Below, in pieces: positions 49,873 through 61,377 of a stretch of DNA of 64,000 nt (position 1 is the first letter of the stretch; the number at the start of each line of letters is the position of its first letter). The position numbers and the translations under genes are program-made. Origin of the DNA: Escherichia coli 042 (GTDB lineage Bacteria; Pseudomonadota; Gammaproteobacteria; Enterobacterales; Enterobacteriaceae); the NCBI RefSeq assembly GCF_000027125.1, contig NC_017626.1; one strand, given 5' to 3'. The notes under the pieces were generated by a model. The model worked only from the letters and a program-made list of their open reading frames with translations, searched no databases and was not told where the DNA came from.

Positions 49873-50742
49873 ATGAGCACTTTTAAACCACTAAAAACAC
49901 TCACTTCGCGCCGCCAGGTGCTGAAAGCCGGTTTGGCTGCCCTGACGTTGTCAGGAATGTCGCAAGCCATCGCCAAAGACGAACCTTTAAAAACCAGCAA
50001 CGGACACAGCAAGCCGAAAGCTAAAAAATCTGGCGGCAAACGTGTCGTTGTTCTCGATCCAGGCCACGGCGGGATTGATACCGGAGCGATCGGGCGCAAC
50101 GGTTCGAAAGAAAAACATGTGGTGCTGGCGATTGCTAAAAACGTCCGTTCCATTTTGCGTAATCATGGGATTGATGCGCGTTTAACGCGTTCTGGCGATA
50201 CGTTTATCCCACTTTACGATCGCGTTGAAATCGCCCATAAACATGGCGCAGATCTGTTTATGTCAATTCATGCCGATGGCTTTACCAACCCGAAAGCTGC
50301 CGGTGCTTCGGTATTTGCCCTCTCTAACCGTGGGGCAAGTAGCGCAATGGCGAAATACCTGTCTGAACGCGAAAACCGCGCCGATGAAGTTGCCGGTAAA
50401 AAGGCGACTGACAAGGATCACCTATTGCAGCAAGTGCTGTTTGATCTGGTGCAAACCGATACTATTAAAAACAGCCTGACGCTCGGCTCGCATATTCTGA
50501 AAAAGATTAAGCCGGTGCATAAACTGCACAGCCGCAACACCGAACAAGCCGCGTTTGTGGTGTTGAAATCGCCGTCGGTTCCTTCGGTGCTGGTGGAAAC
50601 CTCGTTTATCACCAACCCGGAAGAAGAGCGGCTGTTAGGCACGGCAGCATTTCGCCAGAAAATCGCCACAGCGATTGCCGAAGGCGTGATCAGTTATTTT
50701 CACTGGTTTGACAACCAGAAAGCACACTCGAGAAAGCGGTAA
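49873..50742 (+). CDS. amiA: N-acetylmuramoyl-L-alanine amidase A (Tat-exported)
   Basis: 289-aa ORF with twin-arginine signal (TSRRQVLKAGLAALTLSG). Confidence 0.92.
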   Translation: MSTFKPLKTLTSRRQVLKAGLAALTLSGMSQAIAKDEPLKTSNGHSKPKAKKSGGKRVVVLDPGHGGIDTGAIGRNGSKEKHVVLAIAKNVRSILRNHGIDARLTRSGDTFIPLYDRVEIAHKHGADLFMSIHADGFTNPKAAGASVFALSNRGASSAMAKYLSERENRADEVAGKKATDKDHLLQQVLFDLVQTDTIKNSLTLGSHILKKIKPVHKLHSRNTEQAAFVVLKSPSVPSVLVETSFITNPEEERLLGTAAFRQKIATAIAEGVISYFHWFDNQKAHSRKR

Positions 50743-51645
<903 letters not shown>

Positions 51646-51650
51646 CTCCC

Positions 51651-52703
51651 TCACCCCCATTCCCGCATCCGCTGATGCAGCGTCAACGACGGCTTCTCGG
51701 CAAACAGCTGCTGGTAATCCGTGGCAAATTGCCCCAGATGCCAGAATCCCCACTGCATGGCGGCGTCTTTTACCGTTGTGCTTTGCGACCAAGGGCTTAT
51801 CAGTTCGCGGCGTACGGCGTTCAGGCGAATGCGTTTCAGCCACGCATTTGGGCCAATGCCTAAAATAGCGTGAAACGCGTTTTGTAGCGTGCGGCGGCTG
51901 ACATGCAGTTGATTACACAAGTCCAGCACCGTCACCGGTTCGGACATGTTTTCCAGCACATATTCACGGGCGCGGGAAAGCAACCGACGGTAACTCTGAT
52001 GACTGATGCTTTCCGCCGTCACCATTGGCTGCGCTTCTTCCAGCATCGCCCCCATCGCCATGAGCAAATTATCCCCCAGCACTTTACGCACAGCAGGCTG
52101 ATGAAGATTTTCCGGGTTCTCGCAAAATGTCGCCAGCGCCTGTTGGACAAAGCCCCACAGCGCGGCTTTATGCTGTTCTTTCACTTCCAGCGCCGACTGG
52201 CTACGCAGCATATGTAATACCCGATCCGGATTATGCAAAAAGTTAGCCTGACGGGTGATGACATCTTCAGAAAGCACTACGCCCAGGATCGTGTAATCGT
52301 CCGGCGTACTTAATTCAAACTCGGTTCCACCGGGGCGCGTCGCTATTTCTGCGCTTCCCAGACATTGCGAACCGATAAATCCCTGCTCACCGCGCGTCGC
52401 CGGAATGCCAAACCAGAACGAGTTCGGCCAGACCAGGCACGACTGACGCAGCGCCAGACCGGTGTATTCACGAAAAACCTGAATATCATCGAGTAGAATT
52501 TCCGTAAATTCACCATGAAACTTGCCCGGATGCAGCTGATCGTAAATCTGCTGCCAGGCGGTAATCGTTAAAGCATGTTCATAGACATCCGTTGTCTGTC
52601 GTTGATGAACATTATCCACTTCGACCTTCGGCGTGAGCTTCAGGTTTTCGGGTAAGGGTTCATGATAAAGATGGTGCAAATTGGCTGTACGGGTCTTTTT
52701 CAT
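51651..52703 (-). CDS. eutR: AraC-family activator of the eut operon
   Basis: 350-aa ORF recognised as EutR. Confidence 0.92.
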   Translation of the reverse strand: MKKTRTANLHHLYHEPLPENLKLTPKVEVDNVHQRQTTDVYEHALTITAWQQIYDQLHPGKFHGEFTEILLDDIQVFREYTGLALRQSCLVWPNSFWFGIPATRGEQGFIGSQCLGSAEIATRPGGTEFELSTPDDYTILGVVLSEDVITRQANFLHNPDRVLHMLRSQSALEVKEQHKAALWGFVQQALATFCENPENLHQPAVRKVLGDNLLMAMGAMLEEAQPMVTAESISHQSYRRLLSRAREYVLENMSEPVTVLDLCNQLHVSRRTLQNAFHAILGIGPNAWLKRIRLNAVRRELISPWSQSTTVKDAAMQWGFWHLGQFATDYQQLFAEKPSLTLHQRMREWG

Positions 52704-52748
52704 GATGTTAATGCCGGGTGTTGTAGGACACCCGGCACCTCCGACAGG

Positions 52749-53249
52749 TTAATGGGGCTTGAGACGATAACGACTACTGCGTTTACGTAACGTCCCGGCA
52801 GAAAAGAGCTGTTCGAGCGCATTTCTGGCTTTTTCGAGCGGCCAGCCAAAGTGGGCTGCCACTTCTCCTGCCGTCATTCCCTGACGTACTGATGTTAACA
52901 GCGCCAACAACTCGTCAGCAGATTCCGCGACGATAACTGGCGCGTCGGGTTCCTTTACGGGTTGCTTCGGCTGGCGGTTAAAGCCAGTAACCAGCCACTG
53001 GATGTCATCGTCTGGCCGACCGATCTCCTTGCGGCTGATGACACGCCCGGTACGCATCGCGGCAGCACAACCTGCGTCCAGCGCCGCACGACACGCCGCC
53101 AGATCGCCTTCCACCACCAGCGTTAGGCGACCAGGGTCAAGCACTTCGTGACTGAGCAGACGAACGTTAGCTGCTTTGAGCATGGCATCAGCTGCATCTA
53201 TCGCGGCGACCATGCCGTCCACTTCCAGCAATCCCAGTGCATTGATCAT
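52749..53249 (-). CDS. eutK: microcompartment shell protein EutK
   Basis: ORF 52749..53255 (TTG) trimmed to ATG 53249 (MINALGLLEV...); BMC domain plus C-terminal extension. Confidence 0.88.
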   Translation of the reverse strand: MINALGLLEVDGMVAAIDAADAMLKAANVRLLSHEVLDPGRLTLVVEGDLAACRAALDAGCAAAMRTGRVISRKEIGRPDDDIQWLVTGFNRQPKQPVKEPDAPVIVAESADELLALLTSVRQGMTAGEVAAHFGWPLEKARNALEQLFSAGTLRKRSSRYRLKPH

Positions 53250-53261
53250 CGGCAACCTCCG

Positions 53262-53921
53262 TTACGCACGCTGGATAGGATTACGCGCGATTTCCAGCAC
53301 TGCATCGGTAAAGGCGTTACAGGCTGCTTTACACGCTGCCTGGCTACCGGTTAAAAATGCTGCCGAGTAGTTGGTTTCAGACGGTGGCGGGACATAGGTC
53401 ACCAGCTGTACGTCGGCAGATTTCAGGGCTGCATCAATGCCATAGGTCGCTTCCAGCGGCGGTGCCACCAGATACGCCATCGGATCGCCAAGCGTGATCC
53501 CGGCGGTTGATGAGAGATAAGAACCGGTACGCGAAACTACATGTGCCAGGAAGGCTGTATTTTCTGCGTCATTAGCCCACTGGAAAGCAGCGCCATTTTC
53601 AATATGCGCAACCATCGCATCCAGACCAGCACGCACTTCCGCCGGGTTTGGCCCACCGAGCATAATCAGCACTTCACCGGCAGTCGGTGACGGTCCGTGT
53701 GCAGCGCCCGCATACAGCGAGCGGCCATACACCACTTCGACCATCGCCTGCTTGGTCGCTTCGTCAGCCGCAATGTAGGTGACGTCATCGGAATCAGCAG
53801 AAATCAGCCCGAGGCTACGAATATGCGGCGGCAATTTCAGTTCACGCGCAAATTCGGCGTTAACGGAGGCAATCACCCGCATGGCGGTGACCGACGGTCG
53901 AATCAAATCTAAAGCTGGCAT
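53262..53921 (-). CDS. eutL: microcompartment shell protein EutL (tandem BMC)
   Basis: 219-aa ORF recognised as EutL. Confidence 0.92.
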   Translation of the reverse strand: MPALDLIRPSVTAMRVIASVNAEFARELKLPPHIRSLGLISADSDDVTYIAADEATKQAMVEVVYGRSLYAGAAHGPSPTAGEVLIMLGGPNPAEVRAGLDAMVAHIENGAAFQWANDAENTAFLAHVVSRTGSYLSSTAGITLGDPMAYLVAPPLEATYGIDAALKSADVQLVTYVPPPSETNYSAAFLTGSQAACKAACNAFTDAVLEIARNPIQRA

Positions 53922-53930
53922 GATGCCTCC

Positions 53931-54818
53931 TTATCGGGTCATGTTGATGCCGGATGCTTTCTGCTCCAGCATACGTTTCGCCAAATCCACAATGACGGCT
54001 GCGGCTTCAACCGGCGGCGTGCCGCCCTGGTGAATGTTAGAAATACAGGTGCGATCGGCCTCAACGGTGGTCGCCATACGCGGCGAGTAAACGGCGTAGC
54101 AGGAGAGGCTTTCTGACTGCCCTAATCCCGGGCGTTCCCCCACCAGCAGGATCACTACTTTCGCGCCGAGGATCTCACCGATCTGATCTTCAATCTTCAC
54201 GCGACCATAACGAACAAAGAATGGCGTACCGACTTTCAGCCCGGCCTGTTTCAGGCCCGCCATCAGCGGCGGCAGGATCTCTTCGTAGTTCACGGTGATC
54301 GCATCAGTTGACAGGCCATCAGAAATAACGACCTGCACGTCCGGATTAGCAACACACTGTGCTTTCAGCGCTTCAACAGCTTCTGCACACAGGCGGCGGC
54401 CCATATCCGGACGAGTCAGGTAGAGATTTTTGTCGCTAATTTCAGAGCGGACTTCCAGCAAGCCCTGCGCTTTCACCCACTCTTCTGGCACTTCTTTCAG
54501 TACGGTATCTTTCGAACGAGAGTGATCGGCCAGGAAACGCAGCAACGCCTGGGTACGCGGACGCGGACCGGCACGACCGGTACAAACGCGGGCCACGGTG
54601 CTGCGACGCAGTTCTGTTAATACGTCTGCGCGATGCGGGTTTTCAACGCCAATCCACGCTTTTGCTTCCGCAGAGCCTAAATCCAGCGCGCAGCTTTCCG
54701 AGGTCACCGGTGCCGCACAGGTGGTGGTGGCGCACTTTGCTTCTGACGGCGCGGGGGCCGCTTGTCCCATTGACGCCATCACGCTGCGTACAATTTCTTC
54801 AATCTGTTTTTGATCCAT
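53931..54818 (-). CDS. eutC: ethanolamine ammonia-lyase small subunit
   Basis: 295-aa ORF recognised as EutC. Confidence 0.95.
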   Translation of the reverse strand: MDQKQIEEIVRSVMASMGQAAPAPSEAKCATTTCAAPVTSESCALDLGSAEAKAWIGVENPHRADVLTELRRSTVARVCTGRAGPRPRTQALLRFLADHSRSKDTVLKEVPEEWVKAQGLLEVRSEISDKNLYLTRPDMGRRLCAEAVEALKAQCVANPDVQVVISDGLSTDAITVNYEEILPPLMAGLKQAGLKVGTPFFVRYGRVKIEDQIGEILGAKVVILLVGERPGLGQSESLSCYAVYSPRMATTVEADRTCISNIHQGGTPPVEAAAVIVDLAKRMLEQKASGINMTR

Positions 54819-54838
54819 GATGTGTTATCTCCGCGTCA

Positions 54839-56200
54839 TCAGAAGAACAGTGACGGATCGCCCGCCCGTTTGGTCAGGCGACCGTTTGCCATAATGCCCA
54901 TGCTTTCCAGCCAGCGTTCAAACTCCGGTGACGGGCGCAGGTTGAGTAACTGACGCACAGTGGCGGTATCGTGGAAGGCGGTGGTCTGGTAGTTGAGCAT
55001 GATGTCATCACCCAGCGGCATCCCCATGATGTAGTTACAGCCTGCGGTGGCGAGCAGGATCATCAGGTTTTCGTTGAGGTTCTGGTCAGCGTCAGCGTGG
55101 TTGGTGTAGCAGCAGTCACAGCCCATAGAGATGCCGCTCAGCTTACCCATAAAGTGATCTTCTAAGCCCGCACGGATAATCTGGCGGTCGTTGTAGAGAT
55201 ACTCCGGCCCAATAAAGCCGACCACGGTGTTGACGATAAACGGATCGTAATGACGCGCCAGCCCATAGTTACGCGCTTCCATCGTCACCTGGTCAGCGCC
55301 GAAGTTCGCGCCAGCGGACAGCGCAGAACCCTGCCCGGTTTCGAAGTAGAGGCAGTTTTCCCCGGCGATACGGTTGAACTCCGCGCCCACTGCGCGTGCT
55401 TCATCGAGCATCGCCAGCTCCACGCCAAATTCTTTCAGCCCTTTTTCGCTGCCGCAGATACTCTGGAAAATCAGCCCGCCTGGTGCGCCACGACGGATCG
55501 CTTCAATCTGGGTGGTGACGTGCGCCAGCACGCAGCCCTGGGTCGGAATGTTGAATTTGTCGATCACGCCGCAAATGGTGTCCAACACGCGGCTTAAGTT
55601 TTCCACGTCGTCAGTCACCGGGTTAACGCCGATCACCGCATCGCCCACCCCGAAGGAAAGCCCTTCGTAGATTTGCGCGGCGATACTTTGCACGTCGTCA
55701 CGGGTGTCGTTTGGCTGCAAGCGGGCGCTGAAGGTGCCCGGAATACCGATGGTGGTATTGGCCTTTTTGATCACCGGCATTTTCTTCGCGCCGTAGATCA
55801 GGTCCGCGTTGGAGCAAATCTTCGCTACCGCCGCGACCACTTCCGAGGTCAGCCCTTTGCGGGTAAAGGCAATGTCGTCCACGCTGGTTTCATCGCTCAG
55901 CACATACTCACGCAGTTCGCTGATGCTCCAGTTTTTAATCTGGTTGTAGGCCGTTTCGTTAACGTCGTCCTGAATCAGCCGCGTCACGCAGTCATCTTCA
56001 TAGGCAATCACCGGATTATTGCGGATGTCCGCTACGGTCATTTCCGACAACACCTGCTTTGCCGCCACGCGCTCTTGTGAGCTTGCCGCTGCAACGCCCG
56101 CCAGCACATCCCCCGAACGCAGTTCGTTGGCTTTAGCCAGCACCTCTTTTACATCCTTAAACTGATATACATTGCCGAACAATGTGGTCTTTAGTTTCAT
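54839..56200 (-). CDS. eutB: ethanolamine ammonia-lyase large subunit
   Basis: 453-aa ORF recognised as EutB. Confidence 0.95.
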   Translation of the reverse strand: MKLKTTLFGNVYQFKDVKEVLAKANELRSGDVLAGVAAASSQERVAAKQVLSEMTVADIRNNPVIAYEDDCVTRLIQDDVNETAYNQIKNWSISELREYVLSDETSVDDIAFTRKGLTSEVVAAVAKICSNADLIYGAKKMPVIKKANTTIGIPGTFSARLQPNDTRDDVQSIAAQIYEGLSFGVGDAVIGVNPVTDDVENLSRVLDTICGVIDKFNIPTQGCVLAHVTTQIEAIRRGAPGGLIFQSICGSEKGLKEFGVELAMLDEARAVGAEFNRIAGENCLYFETGQGSALSAGANFGADQVTMEARNYGLARHYDPFIVNTVVGFIGPEYLYNDRQIIRAGLEDHFMGKLSGISMGCDCCYTNHADADQNLNENLMILLATAGCNYIMGMPLGDDIMLNYQTTAFHDTATVRQLLNLRPSPEFERWLESMGIMANGRLTKRAGDPSLFF

Positions 56201-56211
56201 AAGTCGTTCCC

Positions 56212-57615
56212 TCAGGAAGGAAATGCGAGTGATTTCACCGTCACCGGCACAACCGATCCGCCAAAAAGAGGCGTACCAATGTCGATATAGTCCCCCGCGC
56301 GGACAATCACTTCGTCAATGACTGCCAACGGGAGTTGCTGTAGCTGTGGGCGCAACAACATGCCCAGAGCTTTACCAAAGTCCTGCCCGGCCACCACCAG
56401 CAGGGGATGCGGATTCGGAAAACGCGCGACGAAATCGACCAGCGCGTTGATGACCGTCAGTACCGCGGCGTAACGCACAGGCAGCGAGGCGGGAAGCGCC
56501 AGCACGTACGCGTCAGTTTTGGGGCAAAGATCCAGCTGAATCAGCGCCTGTTGCCAGGCACTCACCAGATCCGTTTCATCAATTGGGATCGCCACCGGCA
56601 AATTGCGCAGCGGCAGTTGTACGCCCTCCAGCCAGATTGTGCTGCCAGAGAGCGAAAGGGTATGTGCACCCGCGCCAATCACCGTGGCACGTACGGTTTG
56701 CGCTGGAAACTGCACGTTCATCTCACGCAGGCGCGGATGGTCATGCAGCGCCGTTGCCAGAAGCGGGCCGATATCGGCAAAACAGAACGGATCGGCGGGC
56801 TGGTGGCGATAACATTCGCCCACGCCGCCAGAAAGCGTAATGATTTCGGGCGTAACACCTGCGGGCAGCAAACCGGTTTGCATCAATGCCTGCGCGAGCG
56901 GCGAGAGCGTTCCGTCGATCACTTCGACAATCAGCTCTGCCATCCGGCGGGTAACCTGCACCAGCTGCGCGCCGGTCAGCGAACGGGCGTCAGTGCCAGC
57001 ACCGAAGCACTCATCCACAATCATCTGCCCCGGTTTATGAGCGTAAACCACGCGCCCCTGGCTGTCGGTTTCCAGCAGGCGACCGCCGACGTTGAGGCAG
57101 GCGGTGCCGCTGATTTTTCCGGCATCGAACAGGGCGTAGTTCGCGGTGCCACCGCCGATATCGATATTCAGTACCCGACACAACCGTTGTTCAGAAAGGG
57201 TTTGCGCCCCGGCACCGTGACCGGCGATCACGGATTCGAGATGCGGCCCGGCGCTGGCGACGACAAAATCGCCCAGCGATTGGGAGAGCGTCATCACCGC
57301 CGGGCGAGCATTGCGGGTTTTCGCGCTTTCACCGGTGATGATGATGGCACCAGAATCAACGCTTTCCGGCGCAATGCCCGCAGCCTGGTATTGCTCGAGG
57401 ATTAAGGTTTTCAGTTCCGCTTCTTTTAAACCACCCTGTTTATCGACAGGGGTAAAGAACACCGGGCTTTGCCAGCTAATTTCGCGTTTGATGAATTCGT
57501 AGCGCGGCACCTGCGACACCGCCGCACGGTTAACCAGCTCCAGGTGGGAGAAGATCACCTGGGTGGTGGTGGTGCCGATATCGATACCGACGCTCAGTAG
57601 CTGGCGAGTGTTCAC
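56212..57615 (-). CDS. eutA: ethanolamine ammonia-lyase reactivating factor
   Basis: 467-aa ORF recognised as EutA; ends 11 nt upstream of eutB start. Confidence 0.95.
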   Translation of the reverse strand: MNTRQLLSVGIDIGTTTTQVIFSHLELVNRAAVSQVPRYEFIKREISWQSPVFFTPVDKQGGLKEAELKTLILEQYQAAGIAPESVDSGAIIITGESAKTRNARPAVMTLSQSLGDFVVASAGPHLESVIAGHGAGAQTLSEQRLCRVLNIDIGGGTANYALFDAGKISGTACLNVGGRLLETDSQGRVVYAHKPGQMIVDECFGAGTDARSLTGAQLVQVTRRMAELIVEVIDGTLSPLAQALMQTGLLPAGVTPEIITLSGGVGECYRHQPADPFCFADIGPLLATALHDHPRLREMNVQFPAQTVRATVIGAGAHTLSLSGSTIWLEGVQLPLRNLPVAIPIDETDLVSAWQQALIQLDLCPKTDAYVLALPASLPVRYAAVLTVINALVDFVARFPNPHPLLVVAGQDFGKALGMLLRPQLQQLPLAVIDEVIVRAGDYIDIGTPLFGGSVVPVTVKSLAFPS

Positions 57616-58838
57616 GATTGTGCCTCCGCTTCGGTTTTAGCCGCGGTCGCGTCTTCTTTTGGCACCAGCATCATCGCCACGCCAATCGCCGTTACGCCGC
57701 CGATCAATTTGCCGACAATCATCGGGAAAATCATGGCGTTCATGTTGGCAGCGGCGAAGCCTAAGTGGTCGCCCAGGGCGAAAGCAGCGGAAACGGCGAA
57801 GGCGCAGTTGATGACTTTGCCGCGGGTATCCATCTGCTTCATCATGCCGAACATCGGGATGTTGTTAGCAAGCGTTGCCACCATGCCAGCTGCCGCGATG
57901 TTGTTCATATTCAGCACTTTACCGACGCTCATCAGCGGTTTTTCAAACCAGCGGGTCAGCAGCAGCACCATCGGGTACGCCCCTAACAGAACGCAGGAGA
58001 TAGAACCGATAACTTCAATGGCGCGCATCACTTCACCGGGTTTGTCGCCAGGGGCCATAAAGATAGGATCCAGACCGGGGATCAGTTCCCAGCCAAGGAG
58101 GAATTTCACTACCGCGGCAGCAAGACCGAGGGTGATCAATGCAACGAGGAATTTGGCGAAGATCTGGAAGCCGTTGATCATTTTTTCCGGGATGAATTTC
58201 AGCCCCAGCGCCACCAGCACCGCAACGATAAGTACCGGGATCATGTTCATCAGGATCAGCGCAAAGGTGAATTCCACCGGCTGACCGTTGATCTGCACAC
58301 CGGAGTACATAGCAACCAGACCACCAGCAATACAGCCAATCGGAATGGTCACAATGCCCGCCAGCACGCCGAGCGCCAGATAACGACGGTCAGAAGGTTC
58401 GATAATGCCGAGCGCCACCGGAATGGAAAACACAATCGTTGGCCCCATCATCGACCCGAGAATTAACCCAGAGTATAGCCACGCTGCTACGTCGCCGCCC
58501 GCCAGCTCTTTGGCGAGGAAGAACCCGCCCATATCGCACGCCAGCAGTGTTCCGGCGAACATCGATGGGTTTGCGCCGAGCATTTCGTAAACCGGGATAA
58601 TCACCGGTCCGAGTACGTGGGCCAGAACAGGTGCCAGCGCGGTCATACCAACCATCGCCAGGCCCAGTGCGCCCATCGCCATAAAGCCTTCTTCAAACTG
58701 CCCGCCGGATCCTTCGATACTTTTACCGAACTTACCGAGGAAACGAGCAGAACCGCCGAACTGCGACAGGATCCTGTCTACGGCAGCTATCAGCATAAAG
58801 AACATCATGATGTACATGATGATTTCGTTAATTCCCAT
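57612..58838 (-). CDS. eutH: ethanolamine permease
   Basis: 408-aa polytopic ORF; 4-nt overlap with eutA start. Confidence 0.95.
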   Translation of the reverse strand: MGINEIIMYIMMFFMLIAAVDRILSQFGGSARFLGKFGKSIEGSGGQFEEGFMAMGALGLAMVGMTALAPVLAHVLGPVIIPVYEMLGANPSMFAGTLLACDMGGFFLAKELAGGDVAAWLYSGLILGSMMGPTIVFSIPVALGIIEPSDRRYLALGVLAGIVTIPIGCIAGGLVAMYSGVQINGQPVEFTFALILMNMIPVLIVAVLVALGLKFIPEKMINGFQIFAKFLVALITLGLAAAVVKFLLGWELIPGLDPIFMAPGDKPGEVMRAIEVIGSISCVLLGAYPMVLLLTRWFEKPLMSVGKVLNMNNIAAAGMVATLANNIPMFGMMKQMDTRGKVINCAFAVSAAFALGDHLGFAAANMNAMIFPMIVGKLIGGVTAIGVAMMLVPKEDATAAKTEAEAQS

Positions 58839-58868
58839 CGCCTTTACTCCCTGTTAGTTGTTATTTAT

Positions 58869-59351
<483 letters not shown>

Positions 59352-59353
59352 AT

Positions 59354-60541
59354 TTATTGTGCCGCTGCGTACAGGCCGACAATCTGCTCCAGGCTGGCGG
59401 TACGCGGGTTGCTGCGCAGACAAATATCTTCCAGCGCGGCCTGCGCCCATGCGCCGTAATGTCCGGTGGTTGCGCCCACGTCTGCCAGCCGCTTGTTGAT
59501 CCCGACTTCCGCAATCAGCTCACTTACCGCGTTAATAGCGTCACGATCGTCGGATTTTTTAGTTCGCAGCGCCCGACCAATCTGACTAAAGCGTTCACGA
59601 CAAACCATCCGGTTAAATTCCATCACCGTTGGCAGCAACATGGCGTTCGCCAGACCGTGCGGAATATGCAGCGCCGCCCCCGTTTGATGCGCCATCGCGT
59701 GGCATATCCCAAGCCCCGCACTGGAAAACGCCATTCCCGCCATGCATGAAGCCAGCAACATACTCTCGCGCGCGGCAAGGTCGTGACCGTAGCCCACCGC
59801 TTTCGGCAGTGATTTACCAATCATCGCGATTGCGCCAATCGCCAGGCTGTCGGTAAACGGTGTAGCGTTCAGCGCGCTGTACGCTTCAATGGCATGGGTT
59901 AACGCATCAATGCCAGTCATCGCCGTGACATGCGACGGCACGCCTTCGGTCAGCGCGGCGTCGAGGATCGCCACATCCGGCATCAACGAGGCATGTGCTA
60001 ACACCTGCTTGCGCCCGCTCACCGCGTCGATAATCACCGTTACGTTGGTGGTTTCAGAACCGGTTCCGGCAGTAGTTGGAATGGCAATCAGCGGCAGGCG
60101 CGGTTGCAGAACGCTGGTTTCTGACATTTCTGCCAGCGTGCTATCCGGGTTCGTCACCAGTAGTGCCACCGCTTTCGCCGCATCCAGCACCGAGCCGCCG
60201 CCAAACGCAATCACCCCATCGCACCCCGATTCACGCAACTGCGCCACGGCTGCACACACGTCGGTGATGCACGGTTCGCCCACCGGACATGACCAGAGCG
60301 TCATGGCGATACCTTTAACGGCCAGGCTACGCGTCAGCCCGGCGGTCATCCCTGCCTGATGCAAAAAGCTGTCTGCCATCACGAACAGATGTTTCAGCCC
60401 ACGCGTTTGCGCTTGCTGTCCGCAACTGCTCACCGCGCCCGGACCGCAAAGCGTCACCGGTGGAACGCTAAATGTTTTTACCCGTTGCAGATTCAGGGTA
60501 TCGAACGCCTGAAAGAGCGCGGTCTGCAATTCATTTTGCAT
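59354..60541 (-). CDS. eutG: iron-containing alcohol dehydrogenase of the eut pathway
   Basis: 395-aa ORF recognised as EutG. Confidence 0.93.
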   Translation of the reverse strand: MQNELQTALFQAFDTLNLQRVKTFSVPPVTLCGPGAVSSCGQQAQTRGLKHLFVMADSFLHQAGMTAGLTRSLAVKGIAMTLWSCPVGEPCITDVCAAVAQLRESGCDGVIAFGGGSVLDAAKAVALLVTNPDSTLAEMSETSVLQPRLPLIAIPTTAGTGSETTNVTVIIDAVSGRKQVLAHASLMPDVAILDAALTEGVPSHVTAMTGIDALTHAIEAYSALNATPFTDSLAIGAIAMIGKSLPKAVGYGHDLAARESMLLASCMAGMAFSSAGLGICHAMAHQTGAALHIPHGLANAMLLPTVMEFNRMVCRERFSQIGRALRTKKSDDRDAINAVSELIAEVGINKRLADVGATTGHYGAWAQAALEDICLRSNPRTASLEQIVGLYAAAQ

Positions 60542-61367
60542 AGATCCCCTCCGCTTTCTCTCGCCCGCTACTGGCGATCGCCAGCGGGGTCATAAACAAA
60601 CTGTGCTGCGGTAGATGCACCTGTAACGCCGGGAATTGTTTGCAAAACAGTTCCGCTACGCCCGGTTGCATACAGGAGCCGCCCGCCAGCCATAAATCAG
60701 TAATGCCCTGCCCTTCAATATGCCGGGCGACAATGTCCGCCATTTTTTCGTACACCGGTTTCACCGCAGGCCAAATCTCTTCACCGTGACCGCGCTTGTA
60801 CTGCTCCGCCTCTTCCAGCGAAATACGGCGATTTCCGGCGAGAGTCAGAGAGATGTGATGTCCGCCAGTGGCTTCATCCGCCGAGTACGTCACCTTGCCC
60901 TTTTTCACGATGGCAATGCCGGTGGTGCCGCCGCCGATATCCACTACGCCTGCGTTGTCCAGTTGCAGCAGATCCGCGACTGCGGTTGGCTCATCCAGCA
61001 CATGGCTCACTTCCAGTCCAGCAGACTCCAGCACGTTGATGGAAATACGCGGGTCCGTACCTGGAGGAAATGAGGTCGCCGCATGGCTAAAACGGCGACC
61101 GAATTGCTGCTCAAGAGTGTCGAGATGGCGACGAACAATGGTGACCGCACCGAAGAAATCCCAGACGATGCCGTCGCGGACCACATCGGCCCAGTCGAGA
61201 CATACCGCCACCGGCTGACCGTCGCAGTCGACAACCATCGACACCACATCGCAGGTGCCCAGATCCACCCCCAGCCACAGCGGAGATTCCGTTGCGGCAG
61301 GTGTCTGGTTACACAGCGTTGCCGCCGTTTGCAGACGCGGGGTGAGCCATTGTTCGTCGTGCGCCAT
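60531..61367 (-). CDS. eutJ: EutJ chaperone-like protein (actin/Hsp70 fold)
   Basis: 278-aa ORF; overlaps eutG start by 11 nt. Confidence 0.93.
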   Translation of the reverse strand: MAHDEQWLTPRLQTAATLCNQTPAATESPLWLGVDLGTCDVVSMVVDCDGQPVAVCLDWADVVRDGIVWDFFGAVTIVRRHLDTLEQQFGRRFSHAATSFPPGTDPRISINVLESAGLEVSHVLDEPTAVADLLQLDNAGVVDIGGGTTGIAIVKKGKVTYSADEATGGHHISLTLAGNRRISLEEAEQYKRGHGEEIWPAVKPVYEKMADIVARHIEGQGITDLWLAGGSCMQPGVAELFCKQFPALQVHLPQHSLFMTPLAIASSGREKAEGIYAK

Positions 61368-61377
61368 CGGTTACTCC

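Noticed and set aside
56407-57405. 332-aa plus-strand ORF
   Set aside because: Antisense within eutA; Arg/Gly-rich translation of a GC-rich antisense frame
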